From contig CBFHKU010000006.1 of the NCBI GenBank assembly GCA_965656495.1, positions 32,001 through 96,000 on the forward strand: a DNA stretch of 64,000 nt, read 5' to 3'. Positions 13,657-23,923 of this stretch are shown here, piece after piece (within the stretch, counting starts at the first letter, position 1; each line of letters starts with the position of its first letter). Under the pieces are notes generated by a model, which did not search any database, was not told the origin of the DNA, and worked only from the letters and a program-made list of their open reading frames with translations. Source of the stretch: Coraliomargaritaceae bacterium. GTDB lineage: Bacteria > Verrucomicrobiota > Verrucomicrobiia > Opitutales > Coraliomargaritaceae. The position numbers were made by a program, and so were the translations under genes.

Positions 13657-13774
13657 TGCCCCCACGCCGTGATTTGCACCCATTGCCCGAAATTTGTCCG
13701 CCCCGGCATCAATTCATGCTTGGCGTAGCCGCTAAAGTTGCTATCGCTTAATTTTTCACCCCTAGCTACTACAA

Positions 13775-14887
<1,113 letters not shown>

Positions 14888-14952
14888 TCCCGCCAGACCC
14901 GCTACACACTCCGGGCTTGCTTTTTAAGTCCCTAAGGCTCAGGGTTTTCAGC

Positions 14953-15344
<392 letters not shown>

Positions 15345-15351
15345 ACCTTTT

Positions 15352-15612
15352 TTAACGCAGAGCGCCGGAGGATATGTCTATTTGAAACGCAGAGAAGCGG
15401 AGGAGCTGAGGGGGATTTTTTATTATGAAACGCAGAGAAGCGGAGGAATGGAGGATGGTCTTTTGATTGAAACGCAGAGAAGCGGAGGAGCTGAGGAGTG
15501 GGGATTATATTTGGGCAGAGAGGACTGGAATTTGAAAGAAGATTACCATCCTCAGCTCCTCCGCTTCTCTGCGTTTCATTTAATATCAACTCCCCCGCTC
15601 CTCTGCGTTTAA
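15352..15612. repeat. Intergenic array of TGAAACGCAGAGAAGCGGAGGA repeats (direct then inverted)
   Basis: Direct copies at 15383, 15426, 15468, degenerate copy at 15352; inverted copies at about 15549-15578 and 15590-15612. Confidence 0.9.
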
Positions 15613-15684
15613 CATAATCCCGCAGATATGCGCTTGACAGCCCGCCTTCCAGACGGCTTTTTCTTCCGTTCAACTTTAAAACTT

Positions 15685-15942
15685 ATGGCTAATTCCAAAT
15701 CAGCTCAAAAATACATTCGCAAGACCGAGACCCGCACGCTTCAGAACCGTCAGGTCAAGAGTCGCCTCAAGACCCTTTCCAAGAAAGTGTCCACTGCTGC
15801 CGAATCCGGTGACAAGGACGCCCTTGCGGAAGCGACCAAAGGTTATATTTCCGCCTTGGACAAAGCTGGAAAAACCGGTCTGGTGCACGCCAATAAAATT
15901 GCCCGTCACAAGGCACGTTGCGCGAATCTCACCTCTGCCTAG
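15685..15942 (+). CDS. rpsT: 30S ribosomal protein S20
   Basis: MANSKSAQKYIR...LDKAGKTGLVHANKIARHKAR. Confidence 0.96.
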   Translation: MANSKSAQKYIRKTETRTLQNRQVKSRLKTLSKKVSTAAESGDKDALAEATKGYISALDKAGKTGLVHANKIARHKARCANLTSA

Positions 15943-16028
15943 CCGAGCCATTGTTGGTCGCGACGGTAACGCCACTGCCCTCGGATTCGCTTGCCGAACC
16001 GGGGCTTTTTTGTAGCTCTAAATAAACC

Positions 16029-16841
16029 TTGAATGCGACCCCCGATAATTCCTCCGCCCACGCGGCTCTGGGTTTCCCGCCACCCTTCCTCGGGCCGGAG
16101 CCCTTTCGCCTGCCCATCCTGGCTTGCACGGATGATTGGCTTGCCCTTGCCAAACCCGCCGGGGTCGCGATGCGCGAGCACCCCTGGAGCCTCGACTTCC
16201 CCAACCTCGACCACGCCCTCAATGAACAACTCAAAAACGAGAAACCCGAACTCTTGCGGCTGGGGGCGACCTGCTTCGGTTCGATCCACGCCCTCGATCC
16301 TGAAATCAGCGGGGTGGCGCTCTTCGGCTTGAACCGTCCCGCCATCGCCCGCCTTCGCGAGCAATACGGTGACGGGCGAATCGAAACCCGCATCCATTTC
16401 GTCGCCCGCGAGGACGGGGGTGCCGAGACCCGCTTAATAGATGCACCCCTCTTGCCGCACAACACCAAGCCCAAGATGATTCCCTCCACCGCCAAGGGCA
16501 AAAAATGCGCCACCCATTTCACCCGTCTCGCCAACGCAGGAGCATGGAGTCTTTGGGAGGCCCGCGCAGGATTTTCGCGTCCGCATCAGGTGCGTGCCCA
16601 CGCCGCCCTCGCAGGTGTCCCCATCATGGGCGACAGCCTGTATGCGGGGCCATCCAGCCCCAGTCCCACTGAGCTGGGCCTCGAACGCCGCCGTAATGGC
16701 GCCGCCACCAAGCCCCTCTTTCAAGGACTCGCCGCACACCTGCATACCCTCCAGCTCACCTCGGATCAAACGCCCATTGCCGCCCCCCGCCCGCGGCGAC
16801 TCGATACCTGCCTCCGCCGCCTCGGACTTCAAGCCGATTGA
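16029..16841 (+). CDS. RluA-family pseudouridine synthase (divergent motif II)
   Basis: LAKPAG, HALDPEISG, RPHQVRAH, PIMGDSLY, LAAHLH. Confidence 0.8.
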   Translation: MNATPDNSSAHAALGFPPPFLGPEPFRLPILACTDDWLALAKPAGVAMREHPWSLDFPNLDHALNEQLKNEKPELLRLGATCFGSIHALDPEISGVALFGLNRPAIARLREQYGDGRIETRIHFVAREDGGAETRLIDAPLLPHNTKPKMIPSTAKGKKCATHFTRLANAGAWSLWEARAGFSRPHQVRAHAALAGVPIMGDSLYAGPSSPSPTELGLERRRNGAATKPLFQGLAAHLHTLQLTSDQTPIAAPRPRRLDTCLRRLGLQAD

Positions 16842-16922
16842 ATTAAGCCTTAAAAAAGCTTTACAAAGCGCACGCAATATGAGTTGTTTGAGGTTTTCCG
16901 CAAAATCACCGCAATTTTAAAC

Positions 16923-17018
16923 ATGGGTAACCTTAAAAAGAAACGCCGTCTCAAGATGAACAATCACAAGCGCCGCAAGCGCTTGAAATCCAACCGCCAC
17001 AAAAAGCGCACCTGGTAG
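16923..17018 (+). CDS. bS22/AURKAIP1/COX24 (mS38)-like small basic protein, 31 aa
   Basis: Hand-translated [31 protein letters not shown]; followed by a terminator. Confidence 0.88.
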   Translation: MGNLKKKRRLKMNNHKRRKRLKSNRHKKRTW

Positions 17019-17063
17019 TGTTCTGATTCCGGCACCCGCTTGGCGGGACGTCGATATACTTTC

Positions 17064-17096
17064 AAAGACCCGGCCCTCAAGGCCGGGTCTTTTTCG
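17064..17096 (+). terminator. Rho-independent terminator
   Basis: AAAGACCCGGCC-CTCAA-GGCCGGGTCTTTTT. Confidence 0.8.
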
Positions 17097-17245
17097 TGCC
17101 CAAACCCCCAAGAAAAATACGTATAAATCCGATAATTTACATAATAAACATACATGCCCACAATATAAATATAAGCATTGACTTTTATTTAAATAATTAG
17201 AATTTAGCAATATGCCTTATTCTGGCTGAACTATAAATCCAAATT

Positions 17246-18012
17246 ATGAATATGAAATTACACACCAAAATCATTTCGTTGTTGCTCGTCGCTGGTCTCG
17301 CCAGTGCCGGCGCTCAATCGACTGGTAGTTCTGCCAGCGATTACTATGTAAAGGGCTCTTTCGGTATTGCCGACCCACAGGAAAAGGGACTCCTTGAGAG
17401 CCTTGGTGGGAAAAAATTGGGAGCACTCAGGCCTACTCCTTTGAAGTAGGAGCCTTCTTAAGCGAAAACCTGAGTTTTGGCTTTGAGTATTCTTTTTTTA
17501 ATACCGATGCGAACTTAGGGGGAATGATAACTGCCCCGGTGTTGGCTAATCCTGATTTTGCTGAATTAGTAGATGGGCTCAACGCCGCACTCAACAGCAT
17601 GGGCTATGGCGACTGGGTTCCGGGGCCTATTTTGTTTAAAGAAAAACTTGATGTGGATCGTTTTATGTTTGTCTTCAACTATGATTATAAGCTCAGCTCG
17701 GATTTCACTCTCTTTTTTAACGGGGGTCTTGGTGTTCTGAATGCTGAGCATACACTATATATTAACCTGAAGACAGAGGGAGCTGCTGGTGCCCCCCCCG
17801 TGGACGCCTCTAGCAAATCAAAGTCGGATGAGACTGTTTTTGCTTACCAGCTTGGCGCAGGGCTTGGGTATCATTTTACCGAAACGGTGAGTCTTTATGG
17901 TCAGGTCCGTTATCTCGCATCCATGGATATCGACTTCAATCACGATGGGTACAAATATGATGCCAAGGGCTCGGCTATAGCCTACGAGCTTGGTCTGCAA
18001 TACCGCTTCTAA
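17246..18012 (+). pseudogene. Outer-membrane beta-barrel (OmpW/OmpA-like) protein, frameshifted
   Basis: Signal peptide and YYVKGSFG in the first frame; shifted frame GSTQAYSFEVGAFLSENLSFGFEYSFF continues to FAYQLGAGLGY...ELGLQYRF; break near A6 run 17411-17416. Confidence 0.8.
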
Positions 18013-18042
18013 GGCGCTTTCGTGTTAGTTTGCGCTTTTATT

Positions 18043-18076
18043 AAGGGCGTGGTGCTTCGGTGCCACGCCTTTTTAT
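18043..18076. terminator. Terminator between convergent OMP and PEP-CTERM genes
   Basis: AAGGGCGTGGTGC-TTCG-GTGCCACGCCTTTTT. Confidence 0.7.
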
Positions 18077-18085
18077 TATTCATTG

Positions 18086-18727
18086 TTAGGGGCGCTTCCG
18101 GAGGATCGCGAGGGCGAGCGCTGCGCCTCCAAAGAGGAGGGCGTACGTCTCCGGCTCAGGGATGACCGTTACGCGAAAGTAGCGCCAAAGAATGTGCTGA
18201 TCGACCGCATCCGGGTCATTGCCAACATCAGGGTAGTTCGGGTTTATGGAGGTCAGAGTGAGGTCGGTGTTGGCCGCTACTTCAAAGCGGTTCGTGAAAT
18301 GGTAGTCGCCCACTGTGTTCGTGCTTTCCGTTGTGGTGCTCGTGCCGTCGCTCAGGCGAATCTGCTCGTCGCCATCAAAGGGTGTAGAGACGGTGCTGAT
18401 GGTATAGCTCTCGAGGCGTATGCGTTTATTAAACCGGAAGGTCATGGTAAATCCATCGGTCTCTTCCAGAACCCCGAGGCCAACAGGTCCTTCCTGAGGA
18501 TTTGCATTTATAAAAAATCCGACATCAGCCTCTTGATCTCCGCTATTCTCCCAGGGGTCATTGGTGTTCATATCCATTGTAAGGCCACTCACAGTGTCGG
18601 TGAATTGGTGGCTGGTGGCGCCATTTGTTATCTGGGACAGATCAAAACTCACAAGCATGCTTTGAGCCACAGACTCCAAACCACCCAGCAATGCCAAAAC
18701 TCCAAAGGGAAGACCATAAAATTTCAT
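18086..18727 (-). CDS. PEP-CTERM sorting domain surface protein
   Basis: Signal peptide MKFYGLPFGVLALLGG; C-terminal VIPEPETYALLFGGAALALAILRKRP. Confidence 0.9.
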   Translation of the reverse strand: MKFYGLPFGVLALLGGLESVAQSMLVSFDLSQITNGATSHQFTDTVSGLTMDMNTNDPWENSGDQEADVGFFINANPQEGPVGLGVLEETDGFTMTFRFNKRIRLESYTISTVSTPFDGDEQIRLSDGTSTTTESTNTVGDYHFTNRFEVAANTDLTLTSINPNYPDVGNDPDAVDQHILWRYFRVTVIPEPETYALLFGGAALALAILRKRP

Positions 18728-18851
18728 ATTATGTATAAAATACTTAATTAAAAAAATATAAACATTTAAATATAAAATTTTATTTTTTAAACCCAGCTTA
18801 CCCTTCAACGAGTTAAGAGTGTCCTTTCATTAACAGGAGAGGGGGCTTAGA

Positions 18852-19086
18852 AACGCGGTGTTTTGTGGATTAACGCGGAGGAGCGGAGGGGCGGATGTGT
18901 TCTGGAACGCGGTGTTTTGTGGATTAACGCGGAGGAGCGGAGGGGCGGAGGGGCGGATGTGTTCTGGAACGCGGTGTTTTGTGGATTAACGCGGAGGAGC
19001 AGAGGAGCGGAGGGGGCGATTGTGTTCTGGAACGCGGTGTTTTGTGGATTAACGCGGAGGAGCGGAGGAGCGGAGGGGCGGAGGAG
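18852..19086. repeat. Four-copy tandem repeat (54-63 bp units) with variable GCGGAGG(A/G) octamers
   Basis: AACGCGGTGTTTTGTGGATTAACGCGGAGGAGC at 18852, 18906, 18968, 19031. Confidence 0.92.
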
Positions 19087-19147
19087 GCCTACATTTTCGT
19101 GAGATTCGTTTGATTCGTAGTTTCCTGCTTTTGAGTTGCTCGCAGTT

Positions 19148-19843
19148 TCAGAGCGGCGTTTCTGGATAGGGCAGAAAGTCTGTTACGGCGCGGAGTTGCG
19201 CTTCCATTTGGTCGGCGCGGCGTAGTTGTAGATCATCGGGATGAATTGAGATGCGGAGTGGTTTACCGGAACTCTGGGCGGTGCGTGCCTGCATGGCGTT
19301 CCAGCATTTAAGAAAGGTCGCGCGAAAGGCGGTATCGGCCTCGTAACCGGTGAGGGGGAGGGTTTGGAAAAAGGGATCGCTCGGTGGAAAGATGAGCCCG
19401 CGGGTGGTTTCAATGCAGGCATAAGGGGAGTCTTTTAAACGCGTGGCGGGGATTGCGCCGAGCGCCCAGGCGGGTGGCACGTAGAGATGGGGAGCGGGGA
19501 GGCCGTTCTGGGGGAACCAATCATAGGCGCGGCGGAGGAGTGCCTGGATTCCGGTGGCGTCGAGCGCGAGGTGTTCGGCGACGTTGCGGGAAAGGAGGGC
19601 GGCATGGAGGCGGTGGAAAAGGCGGCGGGGGCGGGTGTGGTGATGCCAACCGTGGGCTGCGAGGGGATGGCCTAGGTTTGAAAGTTCGCGGAGGCGTTCG
19701 AGTTCTGAGGGCTGCCAGTCTTTTCCGGGGACCACGAGGAGGGTAACGGGTGGTACGCCGAGGTCGGCGAGCCATTTGAGCAGGGTCTCGACTCGCTCCA
19801 TTGTTTCCGGCATGCAGTCGTGAATCGAAACGAGTGCTTTCAT
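19148..19843 (-). CDS. DUF2334-like polysaccharide deacetylase (CE4 fold)
   Basis: VSIHD, TLLVVP, AAHGWHH, YVPPAW, RISIHPDD; ATGA overlap with upstream gene. Confidence 0.82.
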   Translation of the reverse strand: MKALVSIHDCMPETMERVETLLKWLADLGVPPVTLLVVPGKDWQPSELERLRELSNLGHPLAAHGWHHHTRPRRLFHRLHAALLSRNVAEHLALDATGIQALLRRAYDWFPQNGLPAPHLYVPPAWALGAIPATRLKDSPYACIETTRGLIFPPSDPFFQTLPLTGYEADTAFRATFLKCWNAMQARTAQSSGKPLRISIHPDDLQLRRADQMEAQLRAVTDFLPYPETPL

Positions 19844-20958
19844 GGGCGGGGCGGGTTCGCGTATTTTGCGAGGACTCCGGCCCATTGCGCGAGGGTCGCT
19901 TGGTTGAGTTGCTCGGCGGCGCGGCGGGCCGCTGCGGCGGTGCGTTGCCAATATTCAGGGGCTTGTTCGAGGCAGGCTTGGATTGCTTCGCTCAGGCTTT
20001 GGCCGGGTTGGAGGGCGATGAGCCCGTCTTTGAGCTCCGGCCAGTCGTGGATTCCAGCGTTGGCGGAGACCAATGCAGGTCGCCCGCGGGCCATCGCCTC
20101 AAGGGCGACTGAGCCAAAGGTTTCGAGCTTGGAGGGAAGCAAGAGGCAACTGGCGCCGTCGATCAGCTCGATGAGTTGTTCACGGGTCAGCCAGCCTTTG
20201 AAGTGGACGTTTTGAAGTCCGGCGGCTGCTTGTTCGAGCTTGGCGCGTTCGGGGCCGTCGCCCCCGATGTCAAATTGGATATGGGGGAAATCGGCGGCGG
20301 CTTCGATGATGCGATCGACATTTTTTTCGGCGGCGAGCCGGCCTGCAAAGCAGATACGTTGGACGCGTTCGGATGGGGGGACGGGGGCTTGTTCGAGGAA
20401 ACGGCGCTGGAGGGGGGTACCCATAACCTCGGTGGTGCGGGCTCCGAGTGCTTCGACGTCTGAACGGAGTTTGGAATTGTTCACGAGGACGGTGGCGCTG
20501 GACTTGCAGAGGATGCGGTTGACGTTGCGAAGGTAACCGTTGACGACTACGCGGGTGAGGGGTCGCCAATAGATGCGTGCGAGTTGTTCAAAGTCGGTAT
20601 GGAAAGCGGTGATGAAGGCGGCGCGGTGGCGCTTGGCGTGGTAAAGGCCGAGGAGTCCAAAGGGCCCGGGGGTCACGGCGACTACGAGGTCTGGACGGAG
20701 GGCCTTGCAGCCTTTTGCGATTCGGAAGGGGTCTGGGGTAATGAGGCGTTGGGAGGGGTCTCCCGGCATGGGTATCGAGAAGCGGAGGTGGCGCGCCTTT
20801 TCGAGTGGTTGAAACATTTCAAGCGTCTCCACGTAGGGCTCAAGTTGGCCGAGAAGGTCGTGGTAATAGGCTCCGGTGCCGTTGCGTTCGGGGAAGGAAT
20901 CGGAGAAGAAGGCGACGCGCAAGTGGCGGGCAGGACTGGCGGAATCATGTGTCATCAT
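19840..20958 (-). CDS. GT4 family glycosyltransferase (glycolipid synthase-like)
   Basis: FFSDSFPERNG, TPGPFG, FHTDF, FAGRLAAEKN, ETFGSVALEAMARG. Confidence 0.9.
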   Translation of the reverse strand: MMTHDSASPARHLRVAFFSDSFPERNGTGAYYHDLLGQLEPYVETLEMFQPLEKARHLRFSIPMPGDPSQRLITPDPFRIAKGCKALRPDLVVAVTPGPFGLLGLYHAKRHRAAFITAFHTDFEQLARIYWRPLTRVVVNGYLRNVNRILCKSSATVLVNNSKLRSDVEALGARTTEVMGTPLQRRFLEQAPVPPSERVQRICFAGRLAAEKNVDRIIEAAADFPHIQFDIGGDGPERAKLEQAAAGLQNVHFKGWLTREQLIELIDGASCLLLPSKLETFGSVALEAMARGRPALVSANAGIHDWPELKDGLIALQPGQSLSEAIQACLEQAPEYWQRTAAAARRAAEQLNQATLAQWAGVLAKYANPPRP

Positions 20959-22126
20959 GTACGTGTGCCGCTTGAACGCGAATACGACTATTTAATAGTG
21001 TGTGGTAGGAGGGCTTAAGGTAAACCCCGATTTCAGAAATTTTTTCGTGGCGGGCTGTGTCTTGATAGCGGTGTTGGGTTTGATGATTGGCTTTTAATTG
21101 ATCCAGTTGTTTGCGCAAGGGGTCATTCGGCTGGATTCGGAGTTGTTGGAGCGCCGCACTGAGGAGGGGCTTGGGTGCGTTGCGCAGGTCGGCTTGGTCG
21201 ATGAGGGCGACTTCCCCGGGCGGGGCGTTTTTGATGAATCGAAGGAGCGCTTCGTAGTTGTGCTTAAAGATGGATTCGAAAAGCCGGGCGGTGATTTTTC
21301 CGGAGGGGTCGGTTCCAAAGAGGCGGCGGGCGGGCGCGAGGGAGCTGAGTTGAGAACGAAGGGCTTCAGAAGGTTCACGCACGCAAAGGAGGAATTTTGC
21401 ATCGGGGAAGCGCTGGCGCAGGGCAGGGCACCAGGAGGCGAAGGCGGCGTTTTTGGAGAGGAAGCGGCGTCCCTTGCCGGAGGCGTAGAGATGGCGGCGG
21501 ATGCAGGCCCCGTAGAAGTCGAGGAGGCGTTTGCGTTGGGTTTGGGGGAGGGTATCGAGGGCGGCGGTTTGTGCGAGGTAGCGGGAATCGGGGAATGCGA
21601 GGAGCAGGATGAGGGAACTGGCGGCGGGCAGGAGCCAGAGGTAGTCTTCTTCTGGAGCGTCGGGGGCTACCGCGTGGATTTGGTTGAAATCACCGGCAGC
21701 ACGTTTGGTGAGGGCATGAATTATTTTTGCGAAGGGGGAACCGAGTTTCGCGTCGAGAGCGAGGGCAAGTTGAATGATTTTACGGGCGGTGATGGAGGGT
21801 GCGAGGACGGCTTCCCAAGTGCTGACGGTGGTGAATTGTATGGAATCATGTGCGAGGGTGCGGTGCACAAAAGTGGTACCACTGCGGGGGATGCCGGTTA
21901 TGAAAACGGGTGCTTCAACTTTGACCTTTCGGTAATTTGGAAAAAGCAGTTCATCGAGAAAGAGTCCCAGCCAGTGGAGCGATTGCACCGCCAGAAGAAA
22001 GGGAGCGAGGAGAAGAAAGAGGATGCGCCGCCAGTTGAGGGGTGCCCCCCGCTTTGGCTCTGGCCTCAGGGCGCGGAACCACCACTTAAGGTACCGCGCC
22101 AAGCTCTGGAGGCAAAGCAGGAGCAT
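20945..22126 (-). CDS. PAPS-dependent sulfotransferase with N-terminal membrane anchor
   Basis: PVFITGIPRSGTTF 5'-PSB loop, FLSKN, CVREP..ALRS 3'-PB motif. Confidence 0.88.
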   Translation of the reverse strand: MLLLCLQSLARYLKWWFRALRPEPKRGAPLNWRRILFLLLAPFLLAVQSLHWLGLFLDELLFPNYRKVKVEAPVFITGIPRSGTTFVHRTLAHDSIQFTTVSTWEAVLAPSITARKIIQLALALDAKLGSPFAKIIHALTKRAAGDFNQIHAVAPDAPEEDYLWLLPAASSLILLLAFPDSRYLAQTAALDTLPQTQRKRLLDFYGACIRRHLYASGKGRRFLSKNAAFASWCPALRQRFPDAKFLLCVREPSEALRSQLSSLAPARRLFGTDPSGKITARLFESIFKHNYEALLRFIKNAPPGEVALIDQADLRNAPKPLLSAALQQLRIQPNDPLRKQLDQLKANHQTQHRYQDTARHEKISEIGVYLKPSYHTLLNSRIRVQAAHVHDDT

Positions 22127-22573
22127 TCAGTTATCGAAGACCAGCTTCTTGGAGAGAATGTAGTTGAATCCGAGCCCTGCCATACCGCCAATCCACACCC
22201 CGAGGAGGGGAAGGGTCGCGGAGGCTGCAATCTCTCCGCCCATTTCGAGCCCGACCTGCAGTACGAGCGAGTATACCGAGATATTGATGCCTGCGCCCAC
22301 GGCATGGACGCTGTAATGCCGAAGAAGGGAGTGCCACAGGGCGCGTCCGGTTTCGAGGTGGTGAAAGGTGAAATAACGATTCAGGACATAGCCTGCAGCC
22401 ATTGCGGCGGCCAAAGAAATCGCACGCCCCAGATAGGGGTTCACCCCAAGCCCTAGGAGGGCATACAAAACAAGCGCGTCAATGAAGGAGATACTGACCC
22501 CTACAGTGGCGAATCGCGCGAAGGTGGCGCGATGGCTTTCGGAGCGATGGATTTTCCCGAGTAACTTGCGCAT
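22127..22573 (-). CDS. GtrA family membrane protein
   Basis: RFATVG, YVLNRYFTF, NYILSKKLVF; 4 TM. Confidence 0.88.
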   Translation of the reverse strand: MRKLLGKIHRSESHRATFARFATVGVSISFIDALVLYALLGLGVNPYLGRAISLAAAMAAGYVLNRYFTFHHLETGRALWHSLLRHYSVHAVGAGINISVYSLVLQVGLEMGGEIAASATLPLLGVWIGGMAGLGFNYILSKKLVFDN

Positions 22574-22657
22574 GGCCTTTTGAAATTTTCGCTTATAAAA
22601 TAGATTTGAACCTCGGCGTCAAATGGGAATCGGCAGACTTCGAAACTGATTCAGGAT

Positions 22658-22948
22658 TCAGGCCTTGAGATCCCGCAGTAATTTGAGGTCGGCAACAAAA
22701 GGACCGGCGGGGAGGAGGCTGGCGAGCAGGAGCAGGGCGGTGGTGCGGGATTTCCAATAGCCCTTCCATTGAAGGAAGGCCGCCAAGCCGACATAGAGCA
22801 TCCACAGCACCCCATGCGCCATCCCGATTTGTTGCACCGCCGCAGGTTCGTCCCATAGGTATTTCAAAGGCATGGCGTAGCCCAGTAGGAGGAGGAAGGA
22901 CAGCGCTTCCAAAAAACCGGTTACACGCAATATTTTGAGAGAAGCCAT
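22658..22948 (-). CDS. DUF3817 membrane protein
   Basis: EALSFLLLL..AMPLKY, GMAHG, ASLLPAGPF. Confidence 0.85.
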   Translation of the reverse strand: MASLKILRVTGFLEALSFLLLLGYAMPLKYLWDEPAAVQQIGMAHGVLWMLYVGLAAFLQWKGYWKSRTTALLLLASLLPAGPFVADLKLLRDLKA

Positions 22949-22950
22949 CG

Positions 22951-23520
22951 TCAGCTGCCCGGTTTAGTCGCGGGAGTCCCTTGCAGCTCCGGCGGTAGCG
23001 CATCGGCGGGGTAGGTGGGGAAGCTGAGCTGCGCGAGGCTGTGGTGCGGGATGTCAAAGGTGGTAGCACCTGCGCTGCGGTCTACGATCACGCCGACCGC
23101 GACGGGTTCCGCGCCATGTGCCCGGCATTGTGCCAGCGCTTCAACGACCCGACCACCGCGCGTGATGACGTCCTCCACGATTAGGACCTTTTCGCCCGCT
23201 TCGAATTTGAAATTGCGCCTCAGTTCGAGTTTATCATCCACTTTCTCTAGGAACAGGAAACGGGTTCCCAGTAAACGTGCCACTTCCTGCCCGATGACGA
23301 GTCCTCCCATGGCCGGGCCAACCACGGTGGTCGCACCATAGCCCTTGAGGTCTGCAACCAGCATCTCAGCGAGGCGGGTGACTTGGTCGATGTATTGACA
23401 GACCTGAGCGCATTGGAAGAAATGGGCGCTGTGTAGGCCGGAGCGCAGGACAAAATGTCCTTCCAGGAGTGCGCCGCTTTCGCGGAAAATGCTGAGTACT
23501 TCCTCTTCTCGTTCGTTCAT
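22951..23520 (-). CDS. pyrE: Orotate phosphoribosyltransferase
   Basis: GHFVLRSGLHS, VLIVEDVITRGG, IVDRS. Confidence 0.93.
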   Translation of the reverse strand: MNEREEEVLSIFRESGALLEGHFVLRSGLHSAHFFQCAQVCQYIDQVTRLAEMLVADLKGYGATTVVGPAMGGLVIGQEVARLLGTRFLFLEKVDDKLELRRNFKFEAGEKVLIVEDVITRGGRVVEALAQCRAHGAEPVAVGVIVDRSAGATTFDIPHHSLAQLSFPTYPADALPPELQGTPATKPGS

Positions 23521-23628
23521 GTGCCCACACTGGCGAAGATGCGAGCAGCTGTGAAGCGGGAAATATAAAATTTAAAGAGACACCCAATAGGGATGTCTCT
23601 GAAGCGTTCAGGTCACCGAGGGGACGTG

Positions 23629-23799
23629 TTATTTATAATCGTCCGGATCAATAAGACCGCTGTCATTGCTATCGAACGGCTTCATTTCCATCCAGCCCTC
23701 CTCTTTATTTGCGGAGCTGTCTGTTGCGATGTAGCAGCCGGAAACAAGTAATAATGTGCCGGCGGTGATAATTACAAATGGAAGAAATAACTTACTCAT
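23629..23799 (-). CDS. 56-aa predicted lipoprotein with a C-terminal EF-hand-like loop
   Basis: Hand-translated MSKLFLPFVIITAGTLLLVSGCYIATDSSANKEEGWMEMKPFDSNDSGLIDPDDYK; lipobox VSGC; hairpin at about 23576-23600 downstream. Confidence 0.65.
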   Translation of the reverse strand: MSKLFLPFVIITAGTLLLVSGCYIATDSSANKEEGWMEMKPFDSNDSGLIDPDDYK

Positions 23800-23923
23800 A
23801 ACCTAAAAATATACTAAATAGTTTAATAAAGTAAACTAAAATTTATAAAATATTAGCTGATGCCCTAATCGTGCTTGTGGCTTGTGCTGTGCCCCGTCTT
23901 AGCCCTATTTTGAGCAGCGTTTC

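Noticed and set aside
15352..15612. CRISPR array
   Set aside because: Linkers are only about 13-21 nt and AT-rich, copies switch orientation, and there are no cas genes in the window
18852..19086. CRISPR array or the 79-aa ORF 18863-19102
   Set aside because: Inter-repeat parts are themselves repeats, not unique spacers; the ORF is just the translated tandem repeat
21098..22456. Long plus-strand ORF (452 aa) and similar ones (1408-2196, 4111-5118, 37892-38839, 42047-42871)
   Set aside because: Antisense shadows of well-supported minus-strand genes in GC-rich DNA, with no recognisable motifs
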